Shown here: positions 48,130 to 55,349 of the stretch, piece after piece
How positions within the stretch are numbered: the first letter of the stretch is position 1
How the letters are laid out: every line of letters starts with the position of its first letter
NCBI GenBank assembly: GCA_020050435.1
Contig: JAGVKQ010000011.1
Coordinates: forward strand, 3,350 to 67,349
Direction: 5' to 3'
Length of the DNA stretch: 64,000 nt
Origin: Candidatus Caenarcanales bacterium
GTDB lineage: Bacteria; Cyanobacteriota; Vampirovibrionia; 2-02-FULL-35-15
The notes under the pieces: generated by a model
What the model was told of the DNA's origin: nothing
Seen by the model: the letters and a program-made list of their open reading frames with translations, nothing else
Databases searched by the model: none
Program-made: the position numbers and the translations under genes

Positions 48130-49980
48130 ATGTTTATATTACAGATAAATAATCCAGCACAAGTACAAAAAACAGGCAAAGGAAATGGAATTACAGATTT
48201 TCCTAATGGACAGGCAGCATGGAATGGAACAACCTATGGTTCACGTAAAGAAGCTGAAGCTGCTTGGAACGCCAGCTTTAACTCTAGGGGTGGTATGAGG
48301 GCTCCCCAAAACAATGGTGGTGGTAATGCTAAGGCACAACAAAAAGTAGCTCGTGGAAACGATATGATGCAAGGTGGTCATGCAAAAATTCAAGTAGGTA
48401 ATGATGATGTCCAAGGTGGAGGAGCTAAAGTAGAAAAAGGAAATGGAAATGTTAAGTCTGGTGGAGAGAAAGTTAAAACAGGAAATGAAAAAGTTAATGG
48501 AGGAAATACTAAACTCAAGTCAGGAAATGAAAAGATTGCAACAGGAAAAGGAAAGGTAGAAACTGGTAATACTAAAATAGAAGAAGGTAGTGCAAAAATT
48601 AAAGAAGGTCAAGAGAAACTAAATGGATCTCCTGCTAATGCAGATGCTCAAACTGGAATTAAAGAAGGAGAAGCTAAAATAAACTCCGGTAATGAAAAAA
48701 TTACAGGTGGTCAAACAAAACTTACAGATGGTCAAGCAAAACTTACAGATGGTCAAGGTAAGGTAACCGCTGGACAAGGAAAAGTTACTACTGGACAAGG
48801 ACTTGTTCAAACAGGTCAAGGAAACATACAGGCTGGAGGTGCAAAAGTTCAGGCAGGTCAAGCTACCGTTGCAGCAGGACAAGCTTTAGCTGGTCAAGCT
48901 CAGGCATTAATGGCAGATCCTAAAACTGCTGCTCAAGGTCAGGCAATGATGCAGCAAGCACAAGGTCAAATTCAAAAAGGACAAGCTGAAATCCAGGAAG
49001 GTCAACAAAAAATTCAACAAGGACAAAAAGAAGTTGCTGATGGTCAGTCTCAAATTCAAACTGGTCAAGCTGAAGTAAGTCAAGGGAATGCTGATGTTCA
49101 GAAAGGTCAAGCAGATATACAAGCTGGACAAGCAGATATTCAACAAGGACAGCAAGAAGTACAAGAAGGGCAACAAAAAGTAACTGAAGGTCAAGCAAAA
49201 ACAGATGGTAGTGCTGAAGCTGGTGAAGCAAATGAACTTATTAATGCAGGTAAAGCATTACTTGATGCAGGAAAAACTGAAGTCAAAGCTGGCAATGATG
49301 ATGTCAAAGCAGGAAGTGATGAAGTTGAAGCCGGAAAGAAAGATGTAGATGTTGGAAGTAAAGAGGTTGGAGAAGGAAATAAACTTGTAGAATTAGGAAA
49401 TAAAGATGTGGGCGATGGAAATAAAGATGTAGATAAAGGTCAAAAGAATATTGGTGATGGAAATAAAGATGTCCAGGCTGGACAAGATTTGGTAAAAGAA
49501 GGTGACGCTGCAGGCGGTGGTGGTGGTCCTGGCGGAGCTGGTGCTGGTGGTGCTCAACCACAAACCCCAGATGCATCAGGTGGAGCAAGTCCTGGTGGTG
49601 GTGATGGAGGCGGTGGTGATGGTAAAGAAGCAAAATCCGGTGATGGAACTGCTAATGGATACCTTCAGGCTGCAAAAGCTTTATTAAAACAAATTGGACA
49701 AATCTCGCAAGCAATGTCTGGAAATGCAAATCCTATTATTCAGATAGCTAAAAATCTTACGAATAAAGGACTTGCTGAACAAGCAGTTGCATATCTTGAA
49801 GCTGCACAGGTAGATTCTACCATTGGTGGTCAGTCTATAAATCAAGATATTATTCTTACAAAGGCTATGGCATCTACTTGTAAAGGTGATGCAGATACAA
49901 ACATAAACTTCTGGAAAGAAACTCTTGCAGACAACAAATCTCTTGGTAAGGCCACTCATGACTTAGCGAAGATGGCGTAG
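48130..49980 (+). CDS. 616-aa repeat protein made of more than 100 tandem heptads of the form G-[QN]-x-[KD]-[VI]-x-x, a poly-Gly linker and a conserved ~110-aa C-terminal module
   Basis: There is a strong Shine-Dalgarno (AAGGAGAAAAG). Examples of the heptads are GNEKVNG, GNTKLKS, GQADIQA and GQQEVQE. The C-terminal ANGYLQAAKALLKQIGQISQAM...DLAKMA module is shared with two downstream paralogs. Confidence 0.6.
   Translation: MFILQINNPAQVQKTGKGNGITDFPNGQAAWNGTTYGSRKEAEAAWNASFNSRGGMRAPQNNGGGNAKAQQKVARGNDMMQGGHAKIQVGNDDVQGGGAKVEKGNGNVKSGGEKVKTGNEKVNGGNTKLKSGNEKIATGKGKVETGNTKIEEGSAKIKEGQEKLNGSPANADAQTGIKEGEAKINSGNEKITGGQTKLTDGQAKLTDGQGKVTAGQGKVTTGQGLVQTGQGNIQAGGAKVQAGQATVAAGQALAGQAQALMADPKTAAQGQAMMQQAQGQIQKGQAEIQEGQQKIQQGQKEVADGQSQIQTGQAEVSQGNADVQKGQADIQAGQADIQQGQQEVQEGQQKVTEGQAKTDGSAEAGEANELINAGKALLDAGKTEVKAGNDDVKAGSDEVEAGKKDVDVGSKEVGEGNKLVELGNKDVGDGNKDVDKGQKNIGDGNKDVQAGQDLVKEGDAAGGGGGPGGAGAGGAQPQTPDASGGASPGGGDGGGGDGKEAKSGDGTANGYLQAAKALLKQIGQISQAMSGNANPIIQIAKNLTNKGLAEQAVAYLEAAQVDSTIGGQSINQDIILTKAMASTCKGDADTNINFWKETLADNKSLGKATHDLAKMA
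48340..49500 (+). repeat. Coding 21-bp tandem repeat array, the heptad repeats of the 616-aa protein
   Basis: There is a clear 21-nt periodicity, for example ggtcaagcagatatacaagct / ggacaagcagatattcaacaa. Confidence 0.7.
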
Positions 49981-50006
49981 TCTAGCGATTAGATTATTAG
50001 AAATTG

Positions 50007-50040
50007 AAAAGAGAAGGCATTCATGGTCTTCTCTTTTTGT
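50007..50040 (+). terminator. Terminator-like hairpin aaagagaaggcattcatggtcttctcttt followed by ttgtttgttt
   Basis: The stem is about 9 bp with one mismatch. The loop contains gcattca. Confidence 0.45.
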
Positions 50041-50053
50041 TTGTTTATCTTTT

Positions 50054-50140
50054 AAGACCATTTGACAATAGGACTATGGAGACCATGTCGTCTCACAAAA
50101 ATGGTCTTATGGTCTCCATAGTCTTTATAGTCTACCCCTA
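50054..50140. repeat. Family B palindromic repeat, copy 2 (taggactatggagaccat ... atggtctccatagtcttta)
   Basis: Its arms form an approximately 18-bp inverted repeat, and it is a near-copy of 46589-46690. Confidence 0.5.
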
Positions 50141-50217
50141 GATAACGTTCTCTTAAATATGTCCCTGTTAAATGTCCTGTAACTAGTTCAAAACTAGTAT
50201 AGGAATTTTACATTGTT

Positions 50218-51129
50218 ATGAGACATATAAATTCAACAAACAATATTAATAAAAAACCTGATGTAAATAAGTCAGATAATGCTTCTCAGGAGTCTCCTGC
50301 CCTAAAAGCAGCTAATGCAAAACTCTTACAATCAATGCAATCACAAGCTCAATCAATAAGAAATTTGTCACAAGCCCCATCACAAAATAATCAGGATTTA
50401 AATGTAATTAAAGATAGAAATCAATCTTTATTAGACTTTGATAAAGCTAAAGTTGAATCATTAAAAGAAGATTCTACTAATACAAATAATCAATCAATAG
50501 AAACAGAGGATGCTTCTGGTGGTAGTGCTTATAGTGGTGGATTTTTATTAGGCAAAGATGATTCTACTGGATATAAGGGATATGACCAGTCTCGTGCAAA
50601 TGATTGGAAAGAAGGTAAAGGAATATATTCTACTGGTGGAGCATATTCAACATATACAGGAAATGGTGCAGAAAATCTTAGTGGTTCTGGAGGAGCTGGT
50701 TCTGGTAATGCTGGAAATCAAAATGTAGGAGCTAGTTCTGGTAATGCAAATTCTGGTGGAGGAGTTTCTACTTCTGATAGCGGAAGTGCTGCTGGAAGTG
50801 CAAACGGATACTTGCAGGCTGCAAAAGCATTATTAAAACAAATCGGACAAATCTCACAAGCAATGGCTGGAAATGCAAATCCTATTATTCAGATAGCTAA
50901 AAACCTTACTAATAAAGGGCTTTCAGAGCAGGCAGTAGCATATTTAGAAGCAGCTCAGGTAGATACTACTCTCGGTGGTCAGGCTATAAATCAAGAAATT
51001 ATTTTAACGAAAGCTCAGGCAAGTACTATTAAAGGTGATTCAGATACTAATATTAATTATTGGAAAGAAACTCTTGCAGACAATAAATCTATGGGCAAGG
51101 CTACTCATGACTTAGCTAAGATGGCGTAA
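50218..51129 (+). CDS. Hypothetical protein (303 aa), paralog family member with an MxHINS N-terminus, a G/S/N-rich middle and the conserved C-terminal module
   Basis: The N-terminus MRHINSTNNINKKPD...KAANAKLLQSMQSQAQS is shared with the 51366 gene. The C-terminal 110 aa are about 85% nucleotide-identical to the 3' end of the 616-aa gene. Confidence 0.6.
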   Translation: MRHINSTNNINKKPDVNKSDNASQESPALKAANAKLLQSMQSQAQSIRNLSQAPSQNNQDLNVIKDRNQSLLDFDKAKVESLKEDSTNTNNQSIETEDASGGSAYSGGFLLGKDDSTGYKGYDQSRANDWKEGKGIYSTGGAYSTYTGNGAENLSGSGGAGSGNAGNQNVGASSGNANSGGGVSTSDSGSAAGSANGYLQAAKALLKQIGQISQAMAGNANPIIQIAKNLTNKGLSEQAVAYLEAAQVDTTLGGQAINQEIILTKAQASTIKGDSDTNINYWKETLADNKSMGKATHDLAKMA

Positions 51130-51159
51130 CGTAGCATAAATCGTTTTGTTAATTACCCT

Positions 51160-51187
51160 GTAGGGGCATTGCATTCAATGCCCCTAC
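51160..51187 (+). terminator. Strong terminator hairpin gtaggggcattg catt caatgcccctac followed by ctcttttac
   Basis: The 12-bp stem is perfect, and it contains gcattca as well. Confidence 0.6.
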
Positions 51188-51365
51188 TCTCTTTTACACC
51201 AACATTTTTATTGGACATTGTTCTCCTTGTTCTGTTCTCCCCTAAAAGTCCTTTTTGCCTTTATTCTCCTTTGTTCTCCTTTGTTCTCCATAACTTTCCC
51301 TTAAATATTCCCCTGTTAAATACCCTTTAACTAGCTCAAAACTAGTATAGGGATATTACATTGTT

Positions 51366-52643
51366 ATGAAGCATATAAATTCAATAAATGGAATTAACCA
51401 ACAGGCCGATTTAAGTAAGCCAGGTAATAACGTTGAGGATGTTTCATCACAAAAAGCTGCTAACAGTAAATTGCTTTCTTCTCTTCAATCACAATCTCAA
51501 TCAATGCGAGCTGCAGCACAAGATAATTCACAATTAAGTTCTAGTAAAATAAATGAAAGAGCAGAGTACTCTAAAGATTTTAATAACTCAAATAAAACAT
51601 CACAAGAGTCTAGCGAAACATCAGTAAATAAAATTAAAGAATCTATTGATTTAATGAGTAGTTCATTTTTCAAAAAGACTGAATCAAGATTACTTAAAGA
51701 ACAAGCAAAAACTGAACCTGGTGAAGTTGCTCAGGAATTAAAAAGACAATCTAAAGAAAAACTAAAAGAGGCAATAGCAGATTTTAGAGGTTCATTTAAG
51801 GCTTACAATAAATCACAAGAAGAGGATATGAATGCATTTCAAGCAAGCATGGACGCTTCTAATTCTCAAGACTTAGCTTCTGGTGCACAATCTCAATCTA
51901 ATCAAGCTCAAGTTAAAGCGGTGACTTATAATAATCAGGCAAATAGAACATCAGCAGAAGCTACAACTGTACAAACCCAACAAACACAAAGTCAGTCAGT
52001 GCAACCTCAGTCATCACAAACTCAGTCAGGAGAAACTAAGGATGCTTCTGGTGGGAGTTTATTTGGACCTAATGCAGGATTATTTTCAAATCCTTCCCCT
52101 ACTGCATACAATGGGATGGATCAATCTCGTGCTAATGATTCTCGTAATAGTAAAGGAATCTTTGCTACTGGAGGCGGAGTCTCAGAAATTACAGGAAATG
52201 GTGCAGTAAATTCTAACAATAATGCTAATGCTAATGCTAATGCTAGTGCTGGTGCTTCAAATGGTGCAGATCCTTCCGTTGACACTAATGGTGCTGATGG
52301 ACTTAGCGCTGCAGGTAATGCATATTTAGATGCAGCACGTATGATGCTTAGAGTAGTTATGCAAGTAACGATTGGTGCGAGAAGTTCAAATCCAATTGTT
52401 CAAATATCAAAAAACCTAACTAATAAATCTTTGTCCGACCAAGCTATAGCATATTTAGAAGCAGCAAACGTTGACACTGCTCTTAATGGTACAGCAGTAA
52501 ATCAACAAATAATTCTTACTAAAGCTCAAGCAAGTACTATTAGTGGTGAAGCACAAACAGGTATTAATTACTGGAAACAAGTTCTTGAAGGTAACAAACA
52601 ACTTCAAAAAGAAACACATGATATGTCTAAGGCTGCAGGGTAA
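51366..52643 (+). CDS. Hypothetical protein (425 aa), the third paralog, with an MKHINS N-terminus, a Q/S/N-rich middle and a more divergent copy of the C-terminal module
   Basis: MKHINSINGINQQAD...KAANSKLLSSLQSQSQS at the N-terminus and C-terminal GNAYLDAAR...NPIVQISKNLTNKSLSDQAIAYLEAANVD...ILTKAQAST...NYWK are shared with the other paralogs. The 5' leader is near-identical to that of the 50218 gene. Confidence 0.6.
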   Translation: MKHINSINGINQQADLSKPGNNVEDVSSQKAANSKLLSSLQSQSQSMRAAAQDNSQLSSSKINERAEYSKDFNNSNKTSQESSETSVNKIKESIDLMSSSFFKKTESRLLKEQAKTEPGEVAQELKRQSKEKLKEAIADFRGSFKAYNKSQEEDMNAFQASMDASNSQDLASGAQSQSNQAQVKAVTYNNQANRTSAEATTVQTQQTQSQSVQPQSSQTQSGETKDASGGSLFGPNAGLFSNPSPTAYNGMDQSRANDSRNSKGIFATGGGVSEITGNGAVNSNNNANANANASAGASNGADPSVDTNGADGLSAAGNAYLDAARMMLRVVMQVTIGARSSNPIVQISKNLTNKSLSDQAIAYLEAANVDTALNGTAVNQQIILTKAQASTISGEAQTGINYWKQVLEGNKQLQKETHDMSKAAG

Positions 52644-52692
52644 TAGTAGATAGTATTTTTTTTGTCAAAAAATATGTTGTATACTATGAAAC

Positions 52693-53496
52693 GTGCAATC
52701 AATATCTAAGTTTGGCAAGAACCCTTTTATATGGCTAGTAGAGCTGGGTGATTCATTTAGAATTTTCACCTTTGCCATTTATTACATTCTTCGTGGGAAA
52801 TTCCCAAAAAAAGAATTTATTGAACAAGCCAGTAGATTAGGATTTGATACTTTGCCTGTGGTTGCTGTTGTTACATTTTTTATTGGATTAGCTTTAACTC
52901 TTCAGATTTCTAAACAGCTTATGGGTGTTGGAAACACTAGTACTCTTGGAACTTCAGTTGCAGTATCTATAGTCCGTGAAATTGGTCCTGTTATTGCTGG
53001 TGTAATGATAGCTGCTCGTGTAGGTGGAGCTATGGCCGCAGAGATTGCTACGATGAGTGTTACAGAACAGATTGATGCTCTCAAAATTATGAAAATTGAT
53101 CCCATTAGTTTTCTTGTTGCGCCTAGAATATTAGCTTCAATGATAATGGCTCCTTTGCTAACCGTTTATGCTATTTATATTGGTAGTCTTGGTGGAATGC
53201 TTATCGCTATTATTTATGTGCAGCTTGACCCTTATATGTTTTTTGACTCATTTAGATCTGTTGTTGGAGATAGAGATATTCTTATTGCGCTTGCAAAAGC
53301 ACTTGTTAATGGCTCTTTAGTTGCTACATTTAGCTGTGCATTTGGAATGCAAACTTCTGGTGGTGCTGCAGGTGTGGGTCAAACTACTACTAAAGCAGTT
53401 GTGTGGGCTATGCTTTGTATCTTCTTATTTAATTTCTTAATTACAAACGCTGTGTATTCTGTTGGAAAAGTTTTAGACCCATCTTTTATAAAGTAA
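52693..53496 (+). CDS. mlaE: Phospholipid ABC transporter permease MlaE family (GTG start)
   Basis: 267 aa with 5 TM helices. The conserved region LPVVAVVTFFIGLALTLQ and the MlaE-type C-terminus are present. Confidence 0.8.
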   Translation: MQSISKFGKNPFIWLVELGDSFRIFTFAIYYILRGKFPKKEFIEQASRLGFDTLPVVAVVTFFIGLALTLQISKQLMGVGNTSTLGTSVAVSIVREIGPVIAGVMIAARVGGAMAAEIATMSVTEQIDALKIMKIDPISFLVAPRILASMIMAPLLTVYAIYIGSLGGMLIAIIYVQLDPYMFFDSFRSVVGDRDILIALAKALVNGSLVATFSCAFGMQTSGGAAGVGQTTTKAVVWAMLCIFLFNFLITNAVYSVGKVLDPSFIK

Positions 53497-53506
53497 ATGA
53501 GAAGAC

Positions 53507-54220
53507 ATGAAATTAATAGAAGTAAATAATGTATTTAAAGCCTATGAAGATTTGAAAGTCTTAGAGGGTGTTTCTTTGTCCGTTAACTCTGGAGAAAGTC
53601 TTGCAGTTGTTGGTCCATCTGGAGTCGGTAAATCTACATTGTTAAAGCTGATTTGTGGGTTAGAAACTCCTGACAGTGGTGATGTGAAAGTTTTTACAGA
53701 AAAAGTTGGTATGGTGTTTCAGAGTGCAGCACTTCTAAATTCATATACAGTTTATGAAAACATTGCTCTGGCTTTGCATAATACAAAGCTAACTAACAAA
53801 GAAAAAAGAGAAAAAATTGAAGATAAACTTTCAATTGTCGGACTTGAGAAATATATTGATTATATGCCTGATCAACTATCTGGTGGACAAAGAAAACGTG
53901 TAGGATTTGCTAGGGCAATCGCTAATGATCCAGAAGTTATTTTATATGATGAGCCCACTGCAGGACTGGATCCTATTCTATGTACATTGATTGAAGATTA
54001 CATAACTAACTTAGCTAAGAAATTTAAGGTTGCAAGTATTGTAATTACTCATCAACTTACAACTATTTCAAGAACATCTGAGCATGTTTTATTGCTTTAC
54101 GCTGGTAAGGTTGTCTATGAGGGGAAACCTTCTGATTTCATGGTATCGAAAAATCCTTATGCATATCAGTTTGTAAATTCAAAAGTTGAGGGACCGATTC
54201 ATATAGGCTTGGTAGAATAG
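53507..54220 (+). CDS. mlaF: ABC transporter ATP-binding protein, MlaF-like
   Basis: Walker A GPSGVGKST, the signature LSGGQRKRVGFA and Walker B ILYDEPTAGLD. Confidence 0.85.
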   Translation: MKLIEVNNVFKAYEDLKVLEGVSLSVNSGESLAVVGPSGVGKSTLLKLICGLETPDSGDVKVFTEKVGMVFQSAALLNSYTVYENIALALHNTKLTNKEKREKIEDKLSIVGLEKYIDYMPDQLSGGQRKRVGFARAIANDPEVILYDEPTAGLDPILCTLIEDYITNLAKKFKVASIVITHQLTTISRTSEHVLLLYAGKVVYEGKPSDFMVSKNPYAYQFVNSKVEGPIHIGLVE

Positions 54221-54270
54221 ATATCTCGAGATTACTAATCCGAGATCATGGTGGAAGCAAGATATAAAAT

Positions 54271-54945
54271 ATGAAGAATGAGAATGAAATAAAAATAGGA
54301 ATCTTTGCAATGTCAGCTTTATTTCTATTGATAATTGGATGGGCCTTTTTAAGAGAATTAGCTCTTCATAAACAGACTACATTTTATGTTTCTTTTAAAG
54401 ATACAGTGGGTTTAAGTAAAGGTTCTTTTATTAAGATCAATGGTGTAAGGGTAGGTAGAGTTGATAGTTTAACCTTAGATCTAAAAACCAATAAAGTTCT
54501 TGTTAAAACTAGGATTCAATTGCCAGACATTCGTATTCCTGATGACTCGAAATTTATTATTCGAACAAGTGGATATGTAGGTGATAAGTTTTTAGATATT
54601 GCGCTTGGCATGGCATCTAGCTTTATTAAGGATGATCAGGAAATTGCTGGAGAACCTGCTGTTGATGCATTTGCTTCTTTGGAAAAAATTAGTAAAGTTT
54701 TAGATCACATAGATCCTGAACTATTAGCTATGGATATTCAGAATACAGCCTCTAGTGCTGCAACTCTTACAAAAAATGCAGATAAAGCTGTATTAGTAGC
54801 CAGCCGAGAATTCTCATCAACTAACCAAGAGTTTTCATCAGCTTTAAATCAAAGATTTTTACTTCCAAAGTTGTTATTTGGAAAAGTATTACCAAATAGT
54901 AAAATTGATAAGAAGAAAAAAAATGCTAAGGATGATAAAAATTAA
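54271..54945 (+). CDS. mlaD: MCE-domain periplasmic substrate-binding protein, MlaD-like
   Basis: An N-terminal TM anchor is followed by an MCE domain (VSFKDTVGLSKGSFIKINGVRVGRV). Confidence 0.75.
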   Translation: MKNENEIKIGIFAMSALFLLIIGWAFLRELALHKQTTFYVSFKDTVGLSKGSFIKINGVRVGRVDSLTLDLKTNKVLVKTRIQLPDIRIPDDSKFIIRTSGYVGDKFLDIALGMASSFIKDDQEIAGEPAVDAFASLEKISKVLDHIDPELLAMDIQNTASSAATLTKNADKAVLVASREFSSTNQEFSSALNQRFLLPKLLFGKVLPNSKIDKKKKNAKDDKN

Positions 54946-55018
54946 GTAAAAAATGATACTATTGAGAACTGGTAATTCTGGATTCTGATTCTATAAAATT
55001 AATTATTTCTAGTGCTGT

Positions 55019-55105
55019 GGACAGGTGTTCGAGTGGTTTATGAAGATAGTCTTGAAAACTATTGATGCCGTAAGGTATCCGGGGGTTCGAATCCCTCCCT
55101 GTCCT
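55019..55105 (+). tRNA. tRNA-Ser (anticodon UGA), class II with a long variable arm
   Basis: Manual fold: acceptor ggacagg/cctgtcc, D-arm ttc/gaa, anticodon stem atagt/actat with loop cttgaaa (anticodon TGA), a long variable arm, and T-arm ggggg-ttcgaat-ccctc. CCA is not encoded. Confidence 0.8.
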
Positions 55106-55162
55106 AATTTTAGTTTCAAGTTGTCAGTTACAAGTTGCAAGGAAAACTCAGAAAAAAATTTA

Positions 55163-55192
55163 GGTTACAAGGTTCTCCTTGTAACTTAAAAC
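55163..55192 (+). terminator. Hairpin ggttacaagg ttctc cttgtaac followed by ttaaaactt, downstream of tRNA-Ser
   Basis: It has a 9-bp stem, read directly. Additional inverted repeats (agtttcaag / cttgaaact) flank it. Confidence 0.4.
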
Positions 55193-55349
55193 TTAAGTCT
55201 TGAAACTGTCGTCATACATAATTAAAAGTTTTCTATGTAAAACACAATCTTATAAGAGTATAAAATTTAGATTTATTTATTGTATTAACGTGTAATATCT
55301 TACTGATAAAATTTATATATTTATTGCACCTATCTAAGGATATTATTTT

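Noticed and set aside
48340-49500. Possible CRISPR array suggested by a regular short repeat periodicity
   Set aside because: The period is 21 bp with no spacer and repeat alternation, and it lies in-frame inside a long ORF with amino-acid-level heptad conservation. No cas genes are present.
48619-49959. Multiple minus-strand and alternative-frame ORFs (48619-48882, 48907-49194, 48920-49231, 49304-49633, 49502-49687, 49684-49959) inside the 616-aa gene
   Set aside because: They are artefacts of the 21-bp coding tandem repeats and the poly-Gly region, which keep several frames open. Their translations are low-complexity (L/S/F-rich or H/Q-rich), and they have no Shine-Dalgarno.
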